From NCBI RefSeq assembly GCF_001194135.2, contig NC_068982.1, forward strand, positions 35,263,888-35,325,034: a stretch of 61,147 bases of DNA. The letters run 5' to 3'. Shown here in pieces: positions 12,376-25,139 of the stretch (position 1 is the first letter of the stretch; each line of letters begins with the position of its first letter). The translations under genes were made by a program, and so were the position numbers. This DNA comes from Octopus bimaculoides. Lineage: Eukaryota. The notes beneath the pieces were generated by a model. The model made no database searches. It was not told the DNA's origin and saw nothing but the letters and a program-made list of their open reading frames with translations.

Positions 12376-14500
12376 TCAATCAGCCACAGTGAACGTGTCA
12401 TGCCCTGACAAATTCAGTCTGACTGGAGAAAAATATACAAAAAAGAAGGCAATGCCTATTATTAAATAAGAAAAATTTATGTATGTATACGTGTGTAGCC
12501 TACAATAATCCAACTTTTCTGTTGCTTTAAATGCTAAGTCTGCTATTAAGACCACTCTAGTTGATTTATAGCCGACTGCATTAAGAACAGAGTTCAAATA
12601 TTTCGTCGTAATTCATTGAGTGTCGACAACAGCGACAGGCTTCAGTTCACGCCTCCCCAAAACATTACAAGACAGAAATCAGGTTAGGCTTGTAAGATAA
12701 AGCATACACACTCACTAAAACATGGCCACCCGATATCGTAGTTACGTCCTGCACAATATTAATCATGGATTAAAAGCATCTCTATTCTACCTATGTAGGT
12801 CAACTAAAACTGAATGCATCCGAATACATTTGTATAAGTCATTCATAACATGGTATCTTTACAAGATAAATAGTAAAATTTGAACGAAAATAAATATGCC
12901 AATAAAACATTGTTGCTGTCTAAAGGTGTAGTCTGACAAAATCTATTTCGAAAAGTACTGACAATCAAAATAGTTTGAGAGTGAACACTATTTTCAGCAA
13001 ACATACTTGCTTCTCGTTATGAATTCCACTGTTACTAAGCATTTTTTAACGGTATCAGAGAAATTAATAAAGACCAGAAAGAAATAGATCTACTCTGATT
13101 GTTGTTTTACAATTTGCTTCATTCAGTTTTTGTAATAAGTCCCTGGGCAGAAAGTTTTCCTGAAATTATCATTAATGTATTGTTTTATAATAATGCTTTC
13201 GATCAAACAGATATTACTACAGAATGTGATATGGAAGTACGTTGAATCGTGCCTCTAGCTGGTAAGAAGAAACATGTAACATGTGATTGAGAAATAGATT
13301 GAATTAGCAAACTGTATTTAATGAAAGTGTTCATTTTATCAAAACTGTTATTTTCGTTAGGAATATATATGAATAGAAATGCTAGGCGGGCTGGCATTGA
13401 CTCTTTGTGTATGTGGTGTTTTATTCTGGTGGCAGTAATAGTGCTACAGTGATGCCGATGCTTGGTGCTGTTGATAGTGGTAGTAAAGATGATAGCAACA
13501 CCAGAGGAAAAGAGAATAATGATAAAATAGAAAAAATTATTGTGCTGAATATACAGGCGGAGAAGATGGGGAATAAGAAAAGTACAATTGAAAGAAGACG
13601 TAAAAAGAAGAAAATGAAAGACAGTGGAAGGAATATCAATAGAAGGAAGAGTAAAGGAGAGAAGAAAGGAAATAGAGTTGAAATAGCAGTTTGAAGGTAT
13701 TAACGTGTTTTAAAAGCAATCTTGATCATTTACATTTACATGGAAATAGATCTCGACTGGTATTTATCGATACAAATATTACAATTGGGGTTTGACTATT
13801 GAAGAGGAGATATATAAGAGGTAGAAATAAATGGTTTTATTATTTGCTGTTTTATTCTGATTATTTTGGTAATATGTTTTCTCTTTAAATTGTAGTGTAC
13901 ATAAAATTTCAGGAAACAATGTTTAAAACTTTACAAAAATTTAAGGACTTAATAATAGTTTCAAATGTTCTGACACAAGGTCAGTAATTTTAGGAGAGGG
14001 GCCAAGTCGATTACATCGGCTTCAACGTTCAACTGGTACTTATTTTATCTACCCCGAATGGATGAAAAGTAAAGTTGACCTCGGTGACATTGGAACTCAG
14101 GAAGTAAAGTGCCGAAAGAAATACAGACTTCATAATAGTTTTAAAATGCTATAAACCTACATTAACACTTCTTTCAATGAAGCAGACTGGTGACTGAAGT
14201 ATTGGTTTCAAGCTTTGGCACAATGCCAGCAGTGATTGAAAATATTAGCAAATCATCGAAAGGGAATAAAACTCTTTCTTTGATGGTTACATGGAAAATG
14301 TTGTTAACAGTTCTGTAAAGCTATGAAAAGGATTTTAGTTATGATTTTGGTCAAAAGTAGCTTTGAAACAAACTAGTAAAAGTGAATATTCTCAAGAATA
14401 GTTTTAATTACTTAATTTAATTTGAAATAGAGGAGTTAAAACTAATCGAGATAAAACGTTTCTTTGCCACTGATGAAACGGCGTTTCAACCGCACGTGAT
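12376..14500 (-). pseudogene. Possible LRR-7TM GPCR remnant (copy E)
   Basis: LRR-like VIKTILENIHF..KLLLTKIITKILFIALQNC (14411-14307). TM1-like SISFWSLLISLI (~13090), ECL2-like NYDIGWPCFS..PDFCLVMF (~12740-12650), TM7-like YINFSYLIIGIAFFFVYF (ORF 12376-12597). Highly degraded. Confidence 0.3.
13959..14125 (-). mobile_element. SINE-A, degenerate
   Basis: aagtcgattacatc..aactggtacttatttt..gatgaaaagtaaagttgacctcgg. Confidence 0.7.
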
Positions 14501-15479
14501 AAAAGATATAATTTTGCATTGTGCTATTAGTGTCTTCCAATCATAAATTAGCCGACATTTCATAGCTTCTTCCAAGCACACAACTAGCCAGCAATATTAG
14601 CAAGTCGTCAACTGAATAATTTTGCATATTTATACTACGCACAAATACAGAAGTCTTTCTTCCTTTACTTCAAAATAATCGATAAAAAGCAAATAGATGG
14701 TGTATTTTCTTGGTAAAATCTATTAGTAAAAGAAAAACTATGTTCTCATACTGTTCATGATGTCTGATCTAGCGTTTCTGAAGTCATCGGTGACACGACT
14801 GCTAACGTTACTGTCACCCTGATAATTCTATAATATATTTTACATGAAACTGATGGACAGGGTCTCACGATAAGATGGTATTCTTTCAGGAAGTAATGTT
14901 AAATCATAGTCAATACCTTTTAAAATATTTGCCAAAGGTAACTACTGGTGAACTATCCAGCTCATGGATAATGAAAAATTAACAAGTCAGACTACTTTGC
15001 CTAGAATATATTCCGTTGATTTCTTTGTATATTTCCTTATGTGTTAATAAGGTTACCAGTGTAAGCCTTCCCTCTTAGATAAACCTTTAATCACTAGCTC
15101 TAAATCTGTTTCATTGAACATTATTCATTATTCGGCCATATCTATGGTTTAACAAATACAAACCTAAACACTTTCCACATAAGCTTGATACGTCCTCTCT
15201 GAGGAACGATCACAAATTATGAAGAGGAGTTACCAGACAGTGACTTCCTTCCACCCATTATTTTTTTCAATGATGGTGCCCAAACAGAACCACAGCTCAC
15301 AGGCTGAAATGGTAAAAAAATCAAAACAATAAAAGAGTATTTATTGTCTTACTTATTTCACTGTTAGTTACCAATTCATCAACTTTATCATCAAAGGTCA
15401 TTAATATATAAAATCAGAAACCTGTTCTCTCAAGTTTACGATGATCATTTCACTTCTAAAATAGTTATTTAAAAAATTA

Positions 15480-16375
15480 TAAGTCGTACTAAGCTTTTCG
15501 TTTGACTTGTTAGATTGGATTTGTCTGAAGCTCCTCTTATCCATAATTGCCATCAATAAAGTTTTCTTTCCAGTTGCAAGATTTTTATCAAATCTTTACA
15601 GTGAAGCCCCACGAGATCTTGTAATTCTCATTTTCTATTACAGCCTCTGATTTGTGTTCATACTACTTTTCTGTTGTTTTGAAGCGACATGCTGGACAAA
15701 CATCTCAATGCATTCTTTTCCCTACATACTCATATCTGCGCTCGTATACCTTTTGTGCTAGTATACTGCACTCACTCAAAATATGATTAATACTCTCGTC
15801 TCCTTTCCTACAGGTTCTACGTTTGCTGTCTGACTCAGTTTTGTTGATATTTGCCTTGATCAGATTTCTTCTAAGGGCTTGTTCCCGAGCGGCTATAATT
15901 AACGTTTCTGTTACTCATTTCAATTTCCCGTCCGTCAACCAAAGCCAGCAGGTTTCATTTCCAAGATATTCGATTTGTTGCATGAATTGGCCATACAATT
16001 CCATTTCTTTCCATTTATTCATTCTGCTGTTCTTCCTTTTCTCTTTGAATTCTCCAACTGTTTCAGTCACATTTTGTTTTTGTATCTCTGACTGCCCAAA
16101 GTGTTCTTTCCTTATTTTTAGCCCCAGTACCGTAGTACAAAGTGTCTTCCTCTACCACCTTCCCGTCTGGGCAGGTAGAGTTGGTCGGTATTAATTTTCT
16201 GATGGAATACGTTGTGAATTTTAGCAGCTTTCTGGCTATTTTATCTCAGTTTTGCGGCTCGGTCTTTGTCCATTTTAGATATGAGGAAGAGTATCTCGAT
16301 GCTGGCACTGCTCATGTATATATGGGTTTAATGATGTTTCCGCCATTTAATTTTGTTTGGAAAGCAAAAACGGCG
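15480..16375 (-). mobile_element. R4/Dong-clade LINE fragment
   Basis: Minus translation gives DRLYLPRREGGRG-like, KWKEMELYGQF, ETLIIAAREQALRRN and EHKSEAVIENENYKISWGF. The 5' end abuts a (TAA)n tract. Confidence 0.8.
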
Positions 16376-16397
16376 TTGTTATTATTATTATTATTAA

Positions 16398-16589
16398 GGC
16401 GGCGAGCTGGCAGAATCGTTAGCATGCTGGACAAAATACTTAACGGTATTTCGCCCGCCGCTACGTTCTGAGTTCAAATTCCGCAGAGGTCGACTTTGCT
16501 TTTCATCCTTTCAGAGTCGATAAATTAAGTACTAGTGAAACATTGGGGTCGATGTAATCGACTAGTCCCCTCCCCGAAAATTTCCGACC
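16398..16589 (+). mobile_element. SINE-A between two R4 fragments
   Basis: Near-consensus copy with A-box tggcagaatcg and B-box gagttcaaattcc, flanked by (TTA)n on both sides. Confidence 0.9.
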
Positions 16590-16604
16590 ATTATTATTAT
16601 TATT

Positions 16605-18013
16605 TTCTCTTTATCACAGGCTTTGTTGGAGCTCCTGGAGTCTTGCATGCGTAGCGGGCTTGCTATCTGTAGCCTACGGTACAATGTTATTCGTTCTTTT
16701 CAGCTATCTAATACTTCCCTGATTATTCTGGCAGTGCCAAGGAGGCAAACCTTTTGTGAAAGTTCTACTGGAAACTCTGTTCCAATTTCCTTTATATTCT
16801 TCTTGATTCATTCCCAAGCTTCCAACAATAATTGGCTCTATCTTCACCTTCTTTATTTTCCATATCCGGGATATTTCGTACTTAAGCGGGTTGTATCTAT
16901 CTATCTTTTCGCCTTCTTACATGACTATTCATGTGTCAAAGAGGCATGTAGCATCAACTATATAGCATATGTGGTGCACCTTATCTACTACCACTAGTTC
17001 CGGTTTGTTATGCTCTAACACCTGATTTGTTTGGAATGGGAAATCTCAGAGGATTTTGCCAGTCTCCGACTCTGCTACTCTCTATGGTTTGTTCTCATAC
17101 CACGTCTTGCCTCTCTCTAGACCCCACATTTCGCAGTTTCCAATGTAGCACTTTCGTTACCTGGTCGTGTCGCTACAACTTGTAGTGGTTTGAGGCAAGT
17201 CTATAGTATTCGTTCGTGATGTGGGCAATGATTTTATCCACTCTATTGCATCTGCGACACAGAGAAGACATTTGTTCATTCTTCAGGCTGACCCTCCATT
17301 TCGTGGCCAGAGCTTCGTCCGGTATAATGCTCTCGGTCTCTTTTTTAGGGTTCCTTTCATTAGCTAATCCCACCTATTTTTTCCAGCAACTTTTGTTGTG
17401 GCTACATAGAATTGATTGTGTAATCCATTGCTTAATTCTTCTTCATGTCCTTTTTGTACTTCTTCCTTTGTTTACCCTTTTTTTCTCTGCTCTCAATACT
17501 CCCTCGTTCCTAACTGTCGCTATCACAGTTTCCTTACTTTGGGCTAGGTGTTTCATTAAGCTCTCGAGTTCGATACACACGCAGTCTTCCACACTTATCA
17601 GTCCCCTTTCCTCCATTTGCTCTCTTCATGTATAGGCGATCAGTGTCTACACATGGATGATGGGATCCATGCATCGTTAGGAGCTTTCTTGACTTCCTGT
17701 CCATCTCCTTTAGCTCCTCCTCTGTCCATTTGAGGATTCCAGCGCCATACCGAACTACTGCGACTGCGCACGAGTTTATTGCCAAAGTTATGTTTCTGGC
17801 ATTCGGCTTTGAAGCCAATATTTTCCTCACTCACCGCAGGTACTCTCTTTTTGTCTTTTCCGTCATGTCGTGGTGTTTGATTCCATCTACCTCAAGTATT
17901 CCCAGGTATTTATAGCTGGATTGGGATTGAATTGCCTTCATCATTTCACCACTTGGCAATCATATGCCTTCTGCCCTGGCAAGCTTTCCTCGTCTCATCA
18001 CCATCTTAATATC
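16605..18013 (-). mobile_element. R4/Dong-clade non-LTR retrotransposon 3' fragment (RT thumb, CCHC knuckle, RLE endonuclease)
   Basis: ORF 17534-17830 INSCAVAVVRYGAGILKWTEEELKEMDRK..DRLYMKRANGGKG and ORF 17173-17373 LCRRC..IAHI..YK. The 3' end abuts a (TAA)n tail at 16590-16604. Confidence 0.85.
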
Positions 18014-18080
18014 ACTGAGGTCGATGTAATCGATTATCACCCTCCAAAAAATTTCAGACCTTGTGCCTCTAGTAGAAAGG

Positions 18081-18160
<80 letters not shown>

Positions 18161-18178
18161 CATTATTATTATTATTAA
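18081..18178. repeat. (TTA)n microsatellite (SINE-A tail)
   Basis: Direct reading. Similar tracts: 46200-46322 (TTA)n and 24975-25083 (TAA)n. Confidence 0.95.
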
Positions 18179-18501
18179 TATTATACTAGTTTATCACCAT
18201 TCAATGTACTAAGTTATTATCAGTTCAAATATGCTTGGGGCCTATTTGAACCCACAGGAAAGCCATTCACCGTGCTTTGTCATGAAGAAAATATTTCTCA
18301 TGGTACGCAAAGTATATTTGAAATGGTAATAACCTTGTATTTATACACCTTAATGCTTAGTGCTACAACTCCGTCAATGAGTTAAGTTCAGTTCCTCCAA
18401 GAAATGAGGTCTGTTCTGTTAATTTGTTTCAGTGTAATAGCTTTCATACTAATAAATACCAGGCACCCACCATCAAAATAAAATAATATGATATAAAATT
18501 A

Positions 18502-20345
18502 CTAGTGTACGCGTGCCGTCAGAAATTATGGCATGAAAATTATACGGAAAATAAAATGAAGAGATTAGAACCTTTATCTTAGCGATTGCTTCAACACCAT
18601 GTTTCTAGTGAAAACCCTACCACCAATAAGTTCGCCTTGTTTTGGATGGTCCTTTACCGACATTTTAATATTATTACTGCTTCTACTTCTACTCAATGCA
18701 ACATAAAGTTGTCCATGGCTGAATATTGGTGATGGTAGGATGATGCCAACATTATTGAAGCTCTGCCCTTGTGATTTGTTTATAGTTATCGCAAATGCTG
18801 GGACAACAGGAAACTGTCGTCTACTCATACTAAAGGGAAGAGTTGTCTCACTGGGACAGAGGTTGATGCTTGGAATAAAGGTCACCTCTCTTCTCTTACT
18901 TCCACTAAATATTTTTCTATGAATGAAGAAATCTTTGATGGACAGCACTAAGATCCGGGTCCCATTGAGCAACATGACTATCGAATGCTTCTTCAAGATC
19001 AGTATATGAGGTGGCATAAAGCGTCAGTGAATTTTAAAAACCCCACTGGATAATGTATAACAGCTTCGTCATTTTCTTCAAAAATTGTGTCAACGCATCT
19101 GCAGATTGTTGCCTCACCAGGCAATAATGACATTATGTCAGTGTTTATGTGAAGACAATTTTTGTTTTTAGGTGTCAAAATAATTGTCGGTGACACTCTT
19201 TCAACTGCTTCATCATTGTCTAGTAATAATTCTTCCCCCAAAACTTCTCTAACAATGTTATTTGTAAACTCCATGTTTTGGGGAATTTCTCTGAGGTTTT
19301 CTTCCAGCTCTTCATTGTTGGAGAGGTTTCCATTTTCAACTTCTAAGAGCCACTTCTTGAAGTCAGCTTGTCCAGCTATGCGCATATTTTCTGTCAAACT
19401 GAGTTTTGTAACGAAATACCAGAGAGGAGATTGCTTAATAGAGGACTCAGTTATCGCTGCATTAGATCCTCTTGGGACGACAGGTGCAGTTTGTCTGAAG
19501 TCTCTGCCAAGTAGCAGCACTTTTCCACCGAATGGTCTGGGCGAATTCATTATTTGCCTCAGCAGCAGATCAATGGCTCCCATCGATAACATCGATGCTT
19601 CATCAATAATCAAAAGATGATCCTGCTTTAATTTTTCAGATGACTCTGAAGGGATTCTCATGTGAAAGGTGGAACTATCATGCAATGGGACGGGACGGGT
19701 AGCTTGAATCCACTGTGAACTGTCCTTCCACCAATGAGCAAATCAGCAGCTATGCCTGTAGTAACATAGGAAAGGACACACTTGTTTTGCTTTCTTAGAG
19801 AAGCTATCAATGTATTGTACAGGTAGGTCTTTCCCGTACCTCCAGGGCCATCGCGGAAAAAGAATCTACTCTGTCTTTCGTCGTCATTTATGGATGCAAT
19901 AATGTGTTCATAGACCTGGCGCTGAGCCTCAGTGAAGGATGCAATGCGCCGCTGAATATCAACTCCTTCAACCTTGTCATTTTCAGCAGTTACTTCATGA
20001 AAGGCTGCTGCAGCTAGGACTGGAAGATGCAAATCTCTGTAGCATAGCCCATGTACTCGCATTCCGCAAATGATCAGTATTGTTCTACTTTTAATCTGTG
20101 TTGATGGTTCTTCACAAAATTTATATTGTTACCTTCGACTTGGAGGTAAGAGTCTACTGCCCATTGCTCGAAGAGCTTGCCTCCATGGATAACTGGGTTG
20201 AATTCACCATCTCTAACTGCTGTAAAAGATACTTTATGTTGGAGCATTATAACATTTTGCTTTGAGTTTGCTCTATTTTTATTACCAATCATATGTGGTT
20301 ACCATCTTGGCTCTCCATATGGAAAGAACAATACATACCTCATTG
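18502..20345 (-). mobile_element. Helitron remnant: Helitron_like_N (Rep N-terminal) segment joined to a Pif1-family helicase; internally deleted and 5' truncated
   Basis: ORFs 20074-20292 (FNPVIHGGKLFEQWAVDSY), 19658-20062 (Walker A DGPGGTGKT), 18999-19685 (IIDEASM, GRDFRQTAPVV, LTENMR) and 18574-19017 (MPPHILILK, FSMSRRQFPV, AITINKSQGQS, HGQLYVALSR). The 3' end has a hairpin-like tgccat..acggca and a terminal CTAG followed by T (plus 18502-18505). Confidence 0.93.
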
Positions 20346-20476
20346 GGTCAAGGTTGGGTCGACTTTGCCTTCCATCTTTTCGGGATCGATAAATTAAGTA
20401 CCAGTGAAACACTGGGGTTGATGTAATCGACTCATCCCCACCTCTCCCAGGCTGCCCTTGTGGCAAAAATTTGGAA
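20346..20476 (+). mobile_element. SINE-A 3' half (subfamily shared with 59084-59283)
   Basis: gtcgactttgcc..actcatccccacctc..gcccttgtggcaaa. Confidence 0.8.
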
Positions 20477-20511
20477 TAGTAATAATAATAATAATAATGA
20501 TAATAATAATA

Positions 20512-20552
<41 letters not shown>

Positions 20553-21534
20553 CATTATTATTATTATTATTATTTCAAAAGATAATTGGTAAGTTAATTT
20601 ACTAGGCACGAAGATATCAACTGATTCTATACACTTTCATTGCTTATGCAAATTAGAAAGTCTAAATTATATATGAATATGGTATTCTAAACCCTACAAA
20701 TATTCCAGTGAGTGTTACGAAGAGCTAGGCATTCATTTAGCGAGTGTTTTTTGATGTTATTTTGTTGTTATTTCTTATTTTTATTCACGCAGAATTTAAT
20801 AAAGAAACTATTAAATCGAAATGCAGATACATTGAAAATCTAATTTCAAGTACAGTATTGTAGAACACTTCATTTCTTTTTAAGTACGATTATTAAGAAA
20901 AGTACAGCCAGCCATCACTAGCGAGCGACCATGGCTAGGTTGTATGATGCTTTCGCTAATGCTTTAGATTTCTATGTAGTCGTGAGCAGATATAGACACC
21001 TTTACAACCCTATCATCCTGGCTAGACGCAGTAGGTCAGCCAGAATGTGCCAGCAGGAGAGAAAGAATTGAGGCTGCACCGGTACTTGACTGGTAGACAT
21101 TACATCAGAGTAGGCTAGGGAAACGGAAAAAGAAGTGCTTTGCTCGAGGAAACAAAGTTCCAGTTGTCCCAAGAATTGAACTCACAGTTTTGGTACCATG
21201 AAACAAACACTCTTAACCACTAGACTGCGAGCCTTCATTTGACAAATGTCAGTGCTTATGAGATGAACGAGTATATCCTCCATTATTCTTTAAATGAATA
21301 CAAGCAATGGTTCTAATGTAAAACAGCAAAATCAAATACCTTTCTATTGAAACATTATATAAACTGATAAAATGTTGGAATGAAAATATGATAATAATGA
21401 GTGGGGGAAAAATGACAGAGAAAGGACAAATTGCTTTTCAGTTTAAACGACAAATCATGGAGTGAGAGGAAGCATAATTAAAGCGGACACAACACCAATT
21501 CCATGAAATAGCGGAACATGTTATCCTAATAGTT

Positions 21535-21705
21535 TCTAATTTAGGCAAAGACTAGTATATTTCAGGCCAATCGATACCAGCAACCTAAGTACTTGACTGC
21601 TACTTTATTTTATCGATACCGAAAGGATGAAAGACCAAGATGACATCAGCGGTATTTGAATTTAGAAAGTAAACAAGTGGATAAAATACAGTAAAACATT
21701 TTCCG
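21535..21705 (-). mobile_element. SINE-A, degenerate
   Basis: tactttattttatcgataccgaaaggatgaaag..cggtatttgaattt. Confidence 0.6.
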
Positions 21706-21719
21706 TTTCCGATGTGTTG

Positions 21720-23600
21720 ACAAATTTCAATGTTTGAAAGCACCCCTTTGCAACTGCTTTCATGCAGGAGCATCCATCAACTTTTCTTCTAGGTCATGAG
21801 ATGCAGACCCTTTCGAAGTAACATTGCAGCTTCGCTTCCCAACCCCGATCGACTCGGAGACAAGTAGATCTCATACCCACTGAGAAAGGGCAATGCAGGC
21901 AAATGGATTGGAAATTCTGGCCTCGTTGATGGTCACCACATCTATATCTAGTCACATGATGTCGTTAAATAAGTGGCCTTGCTTGCAAGGTGATCCTTCA
22001 AGCCACTTGCGACGAAAAATGATCGCCTACCTTATTCCTGTGAGAATATATGTTTCGTCACTCCGGCTGGTTGTGGGTGTTTCCACGAGCAGTTCCTTAT
22101 AAAGTTTTTATATAACCATTAAAATTCTCCAACTCTGTCAGGGTATAAAGTTGTGTATGTTTTCAGTGGTTTGTATGCTTTTTTTTATGTATGTTGGTGC
22201 TATTGTTTGCTGGTGTGATGAAATCATTCCGAGACATGTCTGTGTCGATGTAGGTGTTTCATTTATTCTATGTTGTTTATATTTTTGGCAATGTAATTTA
22301 TAAAGTTTCTTAGTAGTTGTTCTTGGTTTAAGTATATAATGAGTTTTGCTAGTGTTTATGATGACTGTTATCTCTGTAGTGGTGATGACTGTGATGATGT
22401 GTGATGGTGATGTTGTTGTTGTTGTTGTTGGAGGAGGAGGAGGGGAGATATTACTGTGTTTTTGGAAGATGTTTCTATCACCTGTTTGCACCGCTTATCT
22501 TTTTTCAACGTGATTTTTCTCTTTTTCTTTTTTCTTCTTTTTTTTTCTTGTTGCCATTTCCTTTCTTTTCCACCATCTTCACCAAACATGTCTAGGGAGG
22601 GCCATATCTTAGGCAGCATTCAGTTTCTGTTTTAGGTTTGATATTATTTGGGGACTTTCAGTTGCCGTTGTTGGTGGCGATATACTGTTTCCTGAGCGCA
22701 GTGTTTCTTTTGTTGGCTTTCTTAATTTTGTTTCCACTGTCGGTGTAGTCTATGTTGTTGTTACTGTTGCTGTTGTTGCTGCCACTGCAGCTGCTGTTAC
22801 TGCTGCTGCGGTGGGTGTTACTTCTGATTATGCGGCTACAATTGCTGTCATTGTAGCTATTATGGCTACACTCTGCTGTTTGTGTTTTGCTGTTGCAGTG
22901 ATGATATAGATAAAAAGGAGGATCTTTCTTTACTTCTTTTTTGCTGTGAACACAAGGCCTTGAGATGGATTTTGTCACCACACATGTGTGACCACTTTCT
23001 GTCCTCTGTGGCCATATACAGTTTCGTACAGCCTGACAAGTTGATTAGGTTCGGGATAGATCCTATACTTTCTTAATCCGTTTGAATCAACACCTCCAGG
23101 CCTTAGCCTCCCTAATTTTGCTTCTTGTCCTCTATGTTGAAGAGAATCACTGCCACCAACCAACAGATGTTTACTTCTCGGGATTCATTGACACATTTTT
23201 ATTCTCACTTCCCAGCGTTCAAAGTAGAGTGGTATATAAATACTGATTCATCGTCCTTTAATATTGTTGTAGAGTGTTTTCTGGCATCATCCTCTATCGG
23301 CAATCTCACCTAAACCGTGCCGTATTTTCACCTCCGAGCGACGTAAGTTTTGGCACCCCAGATAGCTCTGAGTCATTTTTCTATTTGCGGCTATGTCACT
23401 TGTTCTATTTTCCGGGTTTTGTACTTCTTGTTCTAGAAGTTACAGTTTTGAGATTAGTTTCCTATTTTCAGGAACCTGAAATGTTTAATTTTATGTTTCA
23501 GCCAGACCTAACGTGGTTTTTAATATTTCTTAATTCTTGAGACGTTAACTTAATTACATCCTCCTGTCGCATGACATTCACGATTTGCATTACTTTGGAT
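21720..23600 (-). mobile_element. Degraded 5' part of an L1/Tx1-like LINE: gag-like ORF1 with a decayed CCHC knuckle, then the start of the AP endonuclease
   Basis: ORF1-like IWGAKTYVARR*KYGTV*VRLP..GLEVLIQ..IPNLINL..HMCGDKIHLKALC (23400-22950), then a low-complexity linker. APE-like KQGHLFNDIM*LDIDVVTINEARI..GYEIYLS..GLGSEAAMLLRKGL at 22000-21790. Confidence 0.65.
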
Positions 23601-24039
23601 TTGTTAATTGTGATGTCTTGATTTTTATTTGTGTTGGGGAAGGGGATGGAGATGGAATTTTAAGTGTGCTGAATCGATAACTGGGTTTTTCTTCTTTCTA
23701 TTTTTTGTTGTTATTGTTTTAATGCTCATTTTTGATGTTGTTGTTGATTCTTATTCTTGTTGTTGTTTTGATCGTATCGGCGGTCGCAGTAGTAGTAGTG
23801 GAAATGTTGCTTTCACATGTCTTTCCATTTGTGTCGTTTTTGTCCGTTTTATTATTGTTATAGTAGTTGATATTGCTATTGATGATCATATACACTCTAT
23901 TAACAGATAAAAGTGGGAAATAAATAATTGTGGAGCTTGTTGGAAACGCTAAATACCCACTGGATTTGCAAAGCATATTGTGTTTCTTAATATGTAACTT
24001 CTCTATTAAAATATTCTAAAATCCTCTCTGAAAGGGTGA

Positions 24040-24885
24040 AAATTTCACTAAGCCAATTTGCCTTAGAGCATGCTGATTGGTTTAATAAAATGGTACGACA
24101 AAAGCCAAAATTACTTTCTTCAAGGCAAAAAAATTCTTCATCAACCTTCGCTCAAAAACAGCGTCTTTCACTTGCAAACACAATAGGCTGAACAACCTGA
24201 GGGAAGTGCGGCAACTGTTGTTGCAAAGAAGGTGAAATCAAAGCAAAGAAAAAAAGCACATGAACAATTAGCTGATAGGTGGGAGCAGAAACCCCTGTAT
24301 GGCAAATATGTGGCGCATAGCAAACAAGCTGATGTAAAACAGAAGCACATCCATCAGCGGATGTGGAGCTCAGGACGAAAGGCAGGGAGTGAAGGGTTCA
24401 TCTTAGCTACTCCAGATCAAAGTTTATTGACCCTGAACTACCAAGTCAATGTGATGAAAAATGGAGTAGACCCAAAGTGCCGATTCTGCAACGATAAGAT
24501 TCAAACAGTGAACCACTAATCTCTGGACGTAAAGTTTTGTCAATATCTATACTGGTTAATATGTTGGCATTTTAAAATCAAAACTTCACAAATAGTATAA
24601 TCACCACCCTGAAGCTGTAACTGAGGGAGAAGATTTTATGGGACTTTCCAGTACACATAGATTGAAGCATTAAAGCTAATAAACCGGATATTTTTGTGAA
24701 AGACCAAAACAATAAAGCCTGTTTATTGATTGACACGATCGTTCCTTGTGTTCATATCTGCAAAAAAAAAGTTGGCAGGCTCAGAAAGTATAAAGATTTC
24801 CTCATTGAAATCGAAAAAATTTGGTATATTAAGACGGTTACAATACTAGTGGTTGTAGGAGCACTTGGAATCATCTTTTAATGGC
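24040..24885 (+). mobile_element. R4/Dong-clade LINE 3' fragment
   Basis: ORF 24232-24519 RWEQKPLYGKY..SEGFILATPDQSL..DPKCRFC..TVNH and ORF 24696-24881 KPDI..CLLID..VP..KYKDFLIEIEKIW..VVVGALG (PD-(D/E)xK RLE). Followed by (TAA)n. Confidence 0.85.
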
Positions 24886-24974
24886 CTATCAATATATACA
24901 GTGAGATTATTTTTACCCTAGGCGTTGAGAAGTAACTCGGCAAAAAATGGAAACAAAATTGAAAGAAGACAAGC

Positions 24975-25043
<69 letters not shown>

Positions 25044-25045
25044 TG

Positions 25046-25076
<31 letters not shown>

Positions 25077-25139
25077 CAATAATAAATGCCTTGATGCAAT
25101 ACTAGGCAGTATGAGAATAACTGATGAGAACATAAATCT

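Noticed and set aside
13407-13694. Lys/Arg-rich 95-aa ORF
   Set aside because: Purine-rich low-complexity sequence with no recognisable domain or splice context.
18574-19685. Host PIF1 helicase gene
   Set aside because: It is intronless, frameshifted, fused to a Helitron_like_N segment and followed by a Helitron 3' CTAG terminus, so it is transposon-derived.
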